From Anolis carolinensis (Eukaryota), in assembly GCF_035594765.1 (NCBI RefSeq), contig NC_085846.1:95219190-95283189 (forward strand): a stretch of 64,000 bases of DNA. Reading direction: 5' to 3'. Under the pieces are notes generated by a model. That model was not told where the DNA came from and ran no database searches. It worked only from the letters and a program-made list of their open reading frames with translations. This document shows, in pieces, positions 26,247 to 37,684 of the stretch (the first letter of the stretch is position 1; each line of letters begins with the position of its first letter). The position numbers were made by a program, and so were the translations under genes.

Positions 26247-27504
26247 GTCTAATATATTAATGATATATTTTATTACTAAAATCATAAAATGAAACCAAAA
26301 ACAGTGCTTGTGGTCCTCCAAATGTTAATAATTTATAACCCTCAACATCACAGTCCACTAGCTATACTATACAAGGCTAGTAAGAACTGAGGTCCCATTT
26401 CCAGGCTGGATCTTATTGGAACATTGGTTAAACATCAATTGCTAAGCTGAACAATTCTGAAATAGCCTGAACATATACAAATCTTTGTGCTTAAGAATAT
26501 AGAGCCCATGAAGCACAATATGTATGGTTTCCGCTTACATAATGTAAGAAGTCACATACTGGCAGTTTCTAACATCTTGAACCAATCCTTTGTTCTTGAA
26601 GAATGCAAGGAAGATCAATTGGGAGTCACTGACTTGCAATTGCATTCATTGCTTTAAATTATTTTCATATGAGGTTTTTTAAAATCTTGCCTTTCAACAA
26701 TTCCAATTCCTCTTCTGTTAATTATTTCCACATTTTTAATCATTCGTTTCACCTGTTTTGTCTTTCTTTCCTAAGATAAATGGGGTTCAGCTGAACACAC
26801 TCAGGAAACATCCCTGCGTATATGTTTTCTTCCAGCACTGACTTTAATCTCTTCATATTTCATTGACCCTTTTGATCATTTCTGGATGGTAAGAAGTTGG
26901 AGCACCGTATTCAGATATGAAGGCATGCAGATTTCTTGCATACAAAGTGAGTGGATATTTGAAGTCATTCTGCTGCAAAAATGTCATCCATATGTGGAAA
27001 GGAATGTATGCCAAGCCTGCAATACAAAATTTGGGAAGGCGGACCATTTGGGAAACTTGTTGTGTATGCTATGATATGCTTCTTGCCGGATGTTAGACAG
27101 CATCTATGGCCCCTGTGCATAATTCTGATCTACATTTATTTTTAAACTCACATTTCCTTGAACTGTTTGAGAACTCTAGATTTGTTATCCAAAGCTTTTA
27201 CAGCCTTTTAATAACAAGAGCTTCTTTTTTCCTTCTCCATAAGACAAGAGTTAAAACATATTTTCAAGAAATCAACGGTTTCTAGAGAGAAACCTAGCTT
27301 TCATGAGTGTAGATTTATGTTCATTCATTTTTCTTCCACCCAAAGGCTTCCCAGCATATTATGAAGCAACAAACTTAGAACTGCCAAATAATGTTCACCT
27401 AACAAGAAGTCTCTGCTAATTCCATCTCCCTGACAAATTAACCTGCATGACACACACATTTGAAAACCACTGATACGTCACAAGATTACATCTACATTGT
27501 AAGC

Positions 27505-27724
27505 ATTTGTGCCTTCAAGTCCCCTGTCAATGTATTACAACCCCATGAATTTCATAGGGTTTTCTCTGGCAAATACTCAGAGATGGTTTATCATTGCATC
27601 CCCCCCACCCTGCAAAAAAAAATCTGTCCTTCAGCACCTGGCATTCCTTGGGAGTCCTGCATCTGAGTACTAACTGGGACTGATCCTGCTTAGTTTCCAA
27701 GACCAGATGGGATGTGGTGCCCTC
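27505..27724 (-). mobile_element. 5S rRNA-derived SINE (SINE3, 5S-Sauria-like)
   Basis: Minus strand ATCCCATCTGGTCTTGGAAACTAAGCAGGATCAGTCCCAGTTAGTACTCAGATG...GGAATGCCAGGTGCTG aligns to 5S rRNA; followed by a tail ending GACTTGAAGGCAC. Confidence 0.78.
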
Positions 27725-28147
27725 ATACCAAGAATGACCAGATTTAAAGCATATATTCTAAATATTCTTTGTTCTTTTGAGGACCATGACTTACTCTTTG
27801 TTGTTGTTGACTTATGACAATTCTGTTAATGAGATACCTCCAAGAGATCTTGTTATTAAACAGCCCCATTCAGGTCTTGCAAATTTGGGGCAGTGGTTTC
27901 CTTCATTGAGTCAATCCATCTGTAGTCTTCCTTTTTCCCTACTGCCTGCAATATGTTTTCTCTAAGAATTCACTTCCATCTTGTTCAATGAGTCATGCCT
28001 TCTCGTGATATGCTAGAAACCATAAAAAGGAATGGAGAACGTGTAACTCTCCAGATGTTGCTCAGATACAATTCTTTCATCTTCTTTCATCATTTGCAAT
28101 GCTAGCTGATTCATGTAACTGTGGATCAGCCACATGGGGCTGATCTA

Positions 28148-28829
28148 GGACCTTATCACATTGGGATATAATCAGTTTATGTATCCCAATTTTTTTAGGA
28201 CTGGATGCATACTGCATTGAGACGCAGGCATGTAGCCGGGGGGGGGGGGGGGTTGAGGGGCTTCAGCCCCCCCTCCCCGAAATTCTCAGGGAGAAGACCT
28301 TACATTTATTATTTAAACTGTTATGTATAACAATACAAAAGGTTTGCTAAAGCAAATCCTCTCTCACTCAGACTCAGCCCCCCCCCCCCCCCGGAACCAA
28401 AATCCCAGCCCCTCCCGAACCAAAATCCTGGTTACTGTCCTGTGACATCACACCTGATTATTACAATTCTTATGATTTGAAAATACTGTGCTTTGACTCA
28501 TCACACCACAGAAGGCTGGCTCTTCCCAATCCATTCAAAACACTCCCTATATCACTCTATGACCTTTTAAAAAGTATAATTACTAATGGGATGCATACAG
28601 ATTTTCCTATTACACACAGAAAGAGCGCTTCAGCAATGGAAGAATCTGTAGTATTTTTTTAAAAAACACGATTAGAATTCCATCTACAAATAATCAATTT
28701 CTGCAAAGTTGGCAGACGGATTCTAACAGAACACTGACGGGTTAAGGGCAAACATCATGTGATGGGACCCATTCCAAATCATTCTCAAATAGTCTCAGAA
28801 ACTGAGTATTTCCTCATGTGATAGGGTCC
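28148..28829. mobile_element. Harbinger-type non-autonomous element hosting a nested hAT MITE
   Basis: TIRs GGACCTTATCACAT / ATGTGATAGGGTCC; CTA on both flanks. Confidence 0.65.
28225..28442. mobile_element. G-run hAT MITE, second copy (internally deleted)
   Basis: Homologous to 16976-17246. Confidence 0.85.
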
Positions 28830-29367
28830 CTATAGTAATGCGGGGCAAGAACACCTTAAAATATTCTTGCCCCATGTTACCAAGAGTTGTGGAATGCTCC
28901 CAATTCTTACCCAGAATTTGGGGTATCCATCAACTTTGAACCAGTGAAGAAAGTTGGGTTGGTTCCCAACTGCCATCCTGTGTTTTGCTGGTTTGGATGA
29001 CCCAGGGACACATGATAGCAGTCCCTTATCCCCCTCACACTCATGTCACGGCAGTCTTTAACACGGCACCTATCTTTTCCTTGGGTCTTGGTCTGATGTC
29101 GGCCAGAGTGATGGGGAATGATGAGAAGTAAGGAGGAGAGGAAGGGGATTTCTTTCTGTCCCTCTTCCCTCAGCATCCGTTGCTCTGGTTGAAGTCAGGG
29201 CAAGCAATAGGGGAAAAGATAGGTGCCACTCAAAGACATTTAGAGTCACCCTTTCAGTGGCACTGGACCGTGTTCAATACTGTTGGGCAGTCTCCATGGT
29301 GGCTGGGAGACTTTTCTCAGAATCAATCTGACACCCAATTTAAGTGTCAGTATAGATGTGCCCTAGG

Positions 29368-29525
29368 ATATATATGAAACATAAATGCATTTTTGTGTTT
29401 ACACTTGGATCCTGTCTCAAAGGTACCTTATTATGTACATGAATATACTCCAAAGTACAAAAAATTCCAAAATACAGAAGACTTCTGGACCTAAATAATT
29501 TGAATAAAGGATAATCATCAACCTG
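29368..29525 (+). mobile_element. Tigger4/MER46-like terminal fragment
   Basis: TATATGAAACATAAATGCATTTTTGTGTTTACACTTGGATCC...TCAACCTG resembles the recalled Tigger4 end. Confidence 0.6.
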
Positions 29526-31242
29526 TGCAACACTAGAATGAAACCCAAATAGATGAACCAATGATGCACTAAATGGAGAATTTAGCAACTTGTATGTAGA
29601 GGGGAATATAAAGCATGCCTAGAATCATGGAGCTGGAAAAAGTTGCAAGATCCATCTAAGCCAGTTCCCTGTCTTGCAGGAATATATAGCTAAAGCACTC
29701 CATCCAACCTCTGTTTAAAGACCTTCAAAGAAGGATTTATTGCCTGCCAGGGAAGTATATTCCACTTCCAAACCTCCAAGAAGTTTTTTTGTAACATTTA
29801 GGTGAATTCTTGTAATTTGAATCCACTAGTTCGTGTTCTAGTTTCTGGAAAGAAAGAAGCTCACTTCAGTCACTTGCAAAAACCCCTTACTAGTGACATT
29901 TAAGTTTGCTGATGGAAGCTGCATCCCAAAACTGTTGGAGGGTTACATTTTTCCCCACTTTGGTTTTACAGCATTAGAAAAATAACATCAATACTTCTGT
30001 AGAATCAGAAATTCAATCAGAAGCCAGACCATTTCATCATTCTGCATTTACTGGAATATTAGTTCTGGCTCAAGAACAAGCTCAAGGCTTACTGGAAGTC
30101 CACCTTACAATAAAAATGAAACAATTAAGTCAGCATTTAAGATAAAGCCCAGATCTATTGAAACATTGAAGATTCATCTTGTATTCCAATGGAGTTGAAT
30201 ATTAAACCGGGCAAAACAATAACATGATCCGAAAAGGCAACAAAAATCTTTCAAGTAAACAACTGATGTTGAGTTGTGGGGTATTTACAATTCCATTACA
30301 TAAGGAAAACAAGAAACTATATCCAGATGTTATGATATTACTTGCTTAGATTTGTTTTAAAGTATGTTGCAATTCATAGTTTGTACTAATAATTTGGGGC
30401 GAGAGAGAGAGAAAAAACAAATTGCTTTTCAACCACAGAAAATTTATCATAGTGACAAAAAACGCACACACACAGTGTCAATATTATTCTTATATGCAGT
30501 AGCTATGGAATCTGGATAATGTAGCAATACATCTTTTTACTAAATTTAAAGATCATTTAAACTTAAATTTTGAAAAACTGTAAACCTGTGGGCAGGTTTT
30601 GTTCTTTTTAGCTTAGTAATTATGATACCAAACCTGGCTTTAGAGACAATTGAAAATAAAGATATACAAGGAGAAAAGGGCATTTGCCAGTAGCAAAAAT
30701 GAAAACTGCATTTTCCTTCATTGAAGCAGAAAACTGTACAGTTGCCAGCCTAAAAACTTCAGAGGCATAAACACTTTTCAAAGCACTTTTGTCACAAAAC
30801 TGGCCACTCTAGTGAAAACCTACTGCTACCTCTTAGATTTCTTTTGAATACACAAAATCGGATTACTTCTTGTGATCAGATTGCTACGGAGCCGATTTTA
30901 TACAAGAAAATGATTTTGAAATAAAGCTATAAGTCACCCAAAACCAGCTTAGCCAAAACTATAATGTGCTTTCACAACTATTCTTGTATAAGTAAGGAAA
31001 TTCAAAAGAGATATCCCTTTTGGACAAAGTTAATCTTTGCAGTAAAGCTGTCGAAAAAAATAAATATGAGAGGAGGGGAAAAAATGAGAAAAACAGTTCA
31101 ACAAGTACTGACAAATTAATCTGGTGGCATGGGGGAATATAATTTTAAAGAGACAAGGAAACTTGCATGTTGTTCCCTATAATAAATTTAAAGGGAGAAT
31201 ATACCAAAATGCATTATATCAAGAAAAAATAGGATTAATTTA

Positions 31243-31440
31243 TGTTGTTGTTGTTGATTTGTTCAGTCGCTTCCGACTCTTTGTGACCTCATGGACCATC
31301 CCACGCCAGAGCTCCTTGCCACCTCCAGCCCTTGCCACCCTCAGTTCCTTCAAGGTCAAGCCAGTCCTTGCCATCCATCCATCTTGCCCTTGGCCGACCC
31401 CTCTTCCTTTTTCCTTCCATCTGCCCCAGCATCATTCTCT
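31243..31440 (-). mobile_element. RTE-clade LINE 3' end
   Basis: Reverse complement ends GAGGTCACAAAGAGTCGGAAGCGACTGAAC..(CAA)n; related fragment at ~15105-15175. Confidence 0.7.
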
Positions 31441-31899
31441 AGGATTTATTTATATATTTTTTAAAAGCTGAAACATTTAAAAGCTTGAACTTATTGGAAA
31501 CTGCCAATCTGCAAGAATAAATGCCAAAGAAATCTAAATTACACTAATCAATGAAGACTTACACAGGTTGTTCAAGGTTTCTGAACTGTACAATGACTTT
31601 CTCCTAGTCATACCCTAGAATCCGAATGGTTGCCCCCCAAAATGTTGGTGAAGGTTTTGGAGGAATACAATGAATTGCTGAGAGAAGTAAAATCTGTTGC
31701 ACAAACTTTTTTCATAGCACCAGATATTATCCACAGAACTATCATGTATAACAGGAAGTCAGGTTCTGGTAGGGCAAAGCAGACACACCAGAGGCAAAAA
31801 ATAGACAATTAGGAAATACAAAGTTGAGGAAGCAGAAGGACAAGTCATATAACCATTCGTGAAAACTGAAGGCAAATGAGATTGTTGACCAGTAGGCTG

Positions 31900-32170
31900 A
31901 AGTACAGAAGTCCTTCCAGTGCTGCCTAAACTTGACAGCCCGATGGCTAAATACTGTCCATCTGGTATCTAAGTCCATGCATGAAGTGGTGGATTCATCT
32001 CTGCTTCTGTTTGACTTATCTTCATCACATGACAGAATGAATTATCTCCTTAGCATCCAACTGGCTCAAATGGGGCCTTGCCATCCAGAGAGTCTACATT
32101 ATCTGCTCTTGCTTATTCAAGAGCAGACAATGGCCCTCTGGACGACATTGGGAAGAGGCTGACTTCTGGA
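31900..32170 (+). mobile_element. Old L2 RT fragment
   Basis: Degenerate YCPSGI (YRPVS-like) and SLLLFDLSSSHD (LLDLSAAFD-like) motifs. Confidence 0.5.
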
Positions 32171-32538
32171 GCTCTATGACATTCCTAGCCTGCCTCCTCT
32201 ATGTTGGATTCCTCTGGCAAGCGAGGTGTCCCAGTAGCATCCCAAGGTCATCCTTGCTGCCCTCCATTCCACCAGAAGCCCAAGACTATCTTTTTATAGC
32301 CAAACAAGGCTAAATGACTCCTCCTGCAAGCCTCCAGGAGGGGTGATTCACCTTTTAAATAATTTGAAGAGCAGCTAAACATTTACTAAAACATGTTTTT
32401 CAAAATCAGAAATTGACTTCTAACCAGTTCTGCCTTTTGGTCTATTCCAAAAGGGAGCACTAGACACAGAAGGATAGTCCATTTTACATGGGGGACCGGG
32501 GGGGGGGGGGGGGTTGAAAGAATAAAACTGTTTCTCTC

Positions 32539-33119
32539 TGTGTTGTCGAAGGCTTTCATGGCCGGGATCACAGGGTTGTTGTATGTTTTCCGGGCTGTCT
32601 GGCCATGTTCTAGAAGTATTCTCTCCTGACGTTTCGCCCACATCTATGGCAGGCATCCTCAGAGGTTGTGAGGTATGGAGAAACTAAGCAAGGAAGGTTT
32701 ATATATATCTGTGGAAAGTCCAGGGTGAGAGAAGAACTCTTTGTCAGTTGGAGGCCAGTGTGAATGTTGTAGTTAATCACCTTGATTAGCATTGAATAGC
32801 TGGCTTCTCCTGCCTAAGGGCATCCTTTGTTCAGAGTCGTTAACTGCCCTTGGTTCCCATGTCTGGAATTCCTCTGTTTTCAGAGTGTTGCTTCTTATTT
32901 ACTGTTCTGGTTTTTGAGTTTTTTAATACTGGTAGCCAGATTTTGTTCATTTTCATGGTTTCCTCCTTTCTGTTGAAGTTGTCCAACAATTGTCCACTCC
33001 AACAACTATCATGTCAGACTACACAGAGAAGCCATTAAAATTCACAAGCATGTGGACAACTTCAACAGAAAGGAGCAAACCATGAAAATGAACAAAATCT
33101 GGCTACCAGTATTTAAAAA
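32539..33119 (-). mobile_element. Penelope-like element 3' portion with an inverted 5' segment
   Basis: Minus arm ~32539-32990 with complete tail; plus arm ~32995-33119 is complementary to ~32920-32985. Confidence 0.88.
32621..32670 (-). ncRNA. Penelope-type minimal hammerhead ribozyme motif (intact, sense to ADAM22 pre-mRNA)
   Basis: Minus strand CACAACCT-CTGAGGA-T-GCCTGC[catagat]GTGGGC-GAAAC-GTC-AGGAGAG; all core nucleotides present. Confidence 0.78.
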
Positions 33120-35329
33120 ACCACTATTTTGTTTCGGTTATCAAAGAAATTTGTGCTAGAACTGAAATTCACACCAATGACTAGTTTCAGATTCAGCCTT
33201 CATTCATGACCATTCATTTTTGTATGCTGCATATACAAAAATGGAAATGTGTCCAAACGAAGTTATCTTCCTGATTGGAGAAGAAATGCTCTAGTTTGTC
33301 TTCATTTTATATGTCTCTGTATTTCAGGGTAACTTTCAAATAAGTTTTTAATTTACAGTCTTAGTGGCACTTCAACCTAAATGTTGCAGATTATATGCTA
33401 AAGAAAGTTAATTCATAGTTTAGCAGCTTGTCTATTAATTTAAAAAGAATAAGGGAGGAGGGCAATTTGGTTATCTGGCTATATCTTCCAGATATTTTTA
33501 TTTCTTATAATTTTATAGCCCAAGGGGGCAATGTTTGGAAGGTTCTTCTTCAGCATCGCCATGTGGTTGTCTCATTTGCTTTGGATGCTTTTGCTGCATA
33601 TTTCAAACCAGGCCATCTTATTCTGGATTCCAGATGCAATGGATATTCACTAAAGCTGCATCCTAATTAAAACTTCTCTCACACATCTGTTTCCTTGCAA
33701 AATGGAAGTGCCTCAACCTCAAAAGAACATCAGCACGTTGACCAACAGCTCCAAATCACATACTAATCCACAGGCATGGGTTGTCTCAGCTGTTCCACAC
33801 ATGTAAAATTGCATTTGTGGCCAGATATCTGGTTTTTGCTCAGCTTTATGTATGCTTTATATTAAAGGCAGAAAATGCACATTGTTCAAAGGAGAGGCTA
33901 AGTCTTCCCATCGCAGGCGGGAGATATCATTTCTATGCTCCTTCGCCAAACAGTTATGACAGATTCCCACCTACAGAAACTTTATAGACTTTTTCATCCT
34001 TTTAGGTTGAAGCCAGATGCAATTTAAAGCCGTAGGATGGTATTTTCAAAAAGTAATTTGTTGCCCACAGATTTTTCAAAGTAAAACATTACTTAATTCA
34101 TTTTACTTGTTTTTTAATAAATTAAATAGACAAAAAAGTATATGTTTCTCCCAAACGACCCCCATCAACATTTTTGAACTAATGAGTAAAATGCTAACAC
34201 ATCCCACTAAAACGAAACAGCTGGGTTATCCAGTTTTGGGCTATAGTTGTTTTTTAATAAACCACCTCTTTGATTCCATTACCTCCAAAGCATTATGTTG
34301 CCTCTATTACTTGTAACACATTTATCCCACTCAGATTTGAAAGAAAAAATCCACAATGCTGGGAGCATATGTCAGCTCCCTTTTAGCAGGCCAGATGACT
34401 GAACAATGCTACATAATTCCCTTCATCATCTCTCTGTCTGCTCACTTGCTCGATGAAACAACAGCTCTGAGGCTTCTCTGAATTAGAATGAAAGGACGCT
34501 TCTCTAGGAATCTCTTGGCCGCGTTTGTCAAATACAAGGCCCACGGGCTGAATCCGGCCCTCCATGTCATTTTTGTGGCCCTCCAGATAGAATCATAGAA
34601 ACACAGAGTCGGAAGAGACCTCATTGGCCATTCAGTCCAACCTGCTACCAAGAAGCAGATGCTGGACTACAACTCCTGTATTCTTATTCATTAAACATCA
34701 TGACTAGAGCTGATGGGAGTTGGGATACAGTAACATCTGGAAGGCTGCAGTTTGTTCTGTTCAGTCAGGAGAATGGGATTTGAATTTAAATACAAGGCTT
34801 GTGGATATGATGTCTGACTTTCAAATGTCCTTCCACGTTTCTCCAACCTCAGAGCTACAAGTGCTGATAGGTTGCAATTTTATGATCCCCAGGCATATAA
34901 TCGTAAGTTATGGGAGTTGTTGTTCAGTAACAAACATCCAAGGACCTAAATTGGGTTAAACGAAGGACCACTGACTACTATTATAGTTGGCTCTCTATTC
35001 ACAGATTCTTCATCCATGGATTCAGTGAGCCTTTGAAGACAATTAAAAGGCTGATGTGGCACTTGATAAAAGGAGTTTGACACTCCTGCTCTAGGTCCTT
35101 CAGTGCAACTCTACAGTCAGCTTCTTCCAGAGGTTGACTATACAATGACACCGAATGACCTAAAAATGTCTAGAAATGTTCTGTATTGAATTACTAGGTC
35201 CTGCAGCTCCAGCCTAATACAATATATATTCATTTTTCATCTAAGTAGACCTATGCATTTGAGAGCCAATGTGGGATACTGCTTTGAGCACTCTGGAGAG
35301 CAAGATTAGAGTCCCCACTTGGCCACGGA

Positions 35330-35749
35330 GGCCCCTTCTACACTGCCATATAAAACCCAGATTATCTGCTTTGAAGTGAATTTTACAGCAGTGTAGACTC
35401 ATATGGAGCCCCCAATGGCACAGCGGGTTAAACTACTGAGCTACTGAACTTCCTAGCAGTTTGAAAACATGCAAATGTGAGTAGATCACTAGGTACCGCT
35501 TCAGCAGGAAGGTAACTGCACTTCATGCAGTCATGCCAGCCACATGACCTAGGAGGCAACTATGGACAATGCCGGCTCTTTGCTTAGAAATGGAGATGAG
35601 CACCAACCCCCCAGAGTCGGACATGACTAGACTTAATGTCACGGGGAAACCTTTACCTTTACCTTTAGACTCATATAACCCAGTTCATAGTATATAATGT
35701 GGATTATCTGATTTGATGATCTGGATTATATGACAGTGTATATCCAGCC
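35330..35749. mobile_element. Harbinger-type MITE split by a Sauria SINE
   Basis: GGCCCCTTCTACACTGCCATATA ... TATATGACAGTGTATATCCAGCC; related to 11914-12062. Confidence 0.78.
35405..35666 (+). mobile_element. Sauria SINE with internal deletion
   Basis: Head to (ACCTTT)n tail; TSD AGACTCATAT at 35395-35404 and 35667-35676. Confidence 0.92.
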
Positions 35750-35955
35750 TTAGTGATCTTGGTCTAGTCACACTTTCCTAAACTCAGTGAAAGGCAACTG
35801 CACTCTGACAAATCTTGCTGAGTAAAACCCTGTGAAAGGGTCACACTAGCATCGCCATAATTTGCAATTAACTTGAAGGCAAAGAGCTACGCATACAGAG
35901 AACTCTTCTCTGTCTCTCTCACTTTATTACAAACACAAAGTGTAGAAAGAGGCGT

Positions 35956-35987
<32 letters not shown>

Positions 35988-36607
35988 CAAAGCGCTTGCT
36001 TTGGAGTTGTGCAGCCAAAGTGGACCCACATCAATGGCCAAGGCAAGAAATAGCCAATATTCTTTCTGCTGCAAACAGCAGGGAAAGAGAGCATTGTTTA
36101 ACACCAAAGTGCAGATTTCAATAAATCCATACAATTTTCTGAATTAGAAAGAAAGAAATGGGAAAAGCTCCCTCCTAAGATCCATACAAGGGGTTACCAT
36201 TATAGTAGGCAGCAAAAGGAAGTATGGATGGGTTGACAGTGTGTACAAGACCATGGATTCCAGAATAAGAAGGATCCTGTACTTTTGAGAAGTTACAAAA
36301 AAAAGGCAGACTATCTAGGGAACAGCCACTGATGTATCTGTTAGAGTAGCTTTTCCTAAACTGGTATGCCTACACATATACATACACTTATACACAGTGT
36401 AAAGTACTGTACATGAATTCAACAGATTCAATTGACTTATGCAAGTTATTCTAATGGAGACTAACAATTGGATGTATGCCAAGTATGTTATGTCAACTTG
36501 CATCAAGATCTGAATCAAGAAGCAATACTGGAAAATACTAAAACTATCACATACAATACTGAAGGAGAAATTTTTTTAAACAGTCAAATGAATATATAAA
36601 TACTCAC

Positions 36608-36684
36608 TGGTTTAATTCTACATCCAAGATGAAAGATGATCCAAAAGCATCAACCTGGAAGCTGGCCCGGGCGATATGTGTGGA
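36608..36684 (-). CDS. ADAM22: ADAM22 internal coding exon (prodomain; equivalent to human exon 3)
   Basis: Minus strand reads ttgcag|TCC ACA CAT ATC GCC CGG GCC AGC TTC CAG GTT GAT GCT TTT GGA TCA TCT TTC ATC TTG GAT GTA GAA TTA AAC CA|gtgagt = [25 protein letters not shown](H). Recalled human sequence is [26 protein letters not shown]. 77 nt; the split codon CA+T (His) joins in frame to the 3015-3081 exon. Confidence 0.95.
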
Positions 36685-37139
36685 CTGCAATGTTAAAATA
36701 ATTGAAATGTGTTAGTTGGTACTGAGTCTATCTCCAATGTTTATTCCAAACTTGGGAATGTTACTTATTGGGGGGGGGGGGGGGGATGAAGGGCTGTGAT
36801 TTTGCCCATTGCTGTCCAAAATAGGAACTCCAAGCCCTGATTGTAAATATATTAGAAAGAAAGTGCACTTAGCGTCAGCACAAATATACAAAAACACTTT
36901 ATGCTGCTCAATAGCAAAGCTATCTTTTATAGAACTAGGGCTCTGTTTCAGCATATCAGTTCTTGGCAAATCAATATTAAATGTATAGCACACGATGCAA
37001 TGCAAAGGATAGCTCTGAAACAACTTAAATAGTTATTTGTAATTAATTCCTTTACCCAATAACAAAAGTATAACTATAACACAAATATAATAATGAATAA
37101 CTTCACTCCTTCCGTAACATCTGAAATGGATTTCAAACA

Positions 37140-37382
37140 GACTCTGAAGCTGAAAGGCTATTCAATGCTAATCAAGGTGGCCAATTGAAACATTTACACC
37201 TGCCACAAACAGACAAGAGTTCTTTCTCCCACTCTGAACATTCAACAGATATATAAACCCAAATTACTTAGTTTCCAACAGACCACACGACCTCTGAGGA
37301 TCCCTGCCATAGATGCAGGCGAAATGTCAGGAAAGAATGCTTCTGGAACATTGTCATACAGCCCAAAAAACTCATAGCAACC
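37140..37382 (+). mobile_element. Penelope pLTR fragment
   Basis: Homologous to ~10425-10627; hammerhead motif at ~37290-37332 with GAAATGTC. Confidence 0.85.
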
Positions 37383-37384
37383 TC

Positions 37385-37684
37385 TTTGGATTTCAGTTTT
37401 TTTAGATTTTGGAATACTATATTTGACTATATAAACATAATGGGATATCTTGAAGATGGGACCCAAGTCTAACCACAAATTTCATATCAGTCCGGCTATA
37501 TTTCAAAATATACATCTTAAATACATAGCCTTAAAGTAATTTTATCCACAGTATTTTTTAATAATGCATAAAACAAAGTTTGTGTACACTTGGCCACCAG
37601 AAAGCAAAAGTGTCATTCGCCCATGGAGACAATTTCAGAATTTGAAGGATTTTGTATTTTCAGGTAAGGGAAATACTCAACCAG
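37385..37684 (-). mobile_element. Tigger4/MER46-like non-autonomous element
   Basis: GATGGGACCCAAGTCTAA, CATAAAACAAAGTTTGTGTACACT and CCAGAAAGCAAAAGTGTCA match recalled Tigger4-family sequence. Confidence 0.62.

Noticed and set aside
26886-27074. Zinc-finger-like peptide CQACNTKFGKADHL
   Set aside because: It lacks the two zinc-binding histidines, is a single unit and has no supporting exon structure; likely chance.
27628-27724. 5S rRNA gene
   Set aside because: It is heavily diverged, truncated and fused to a SINE tail.
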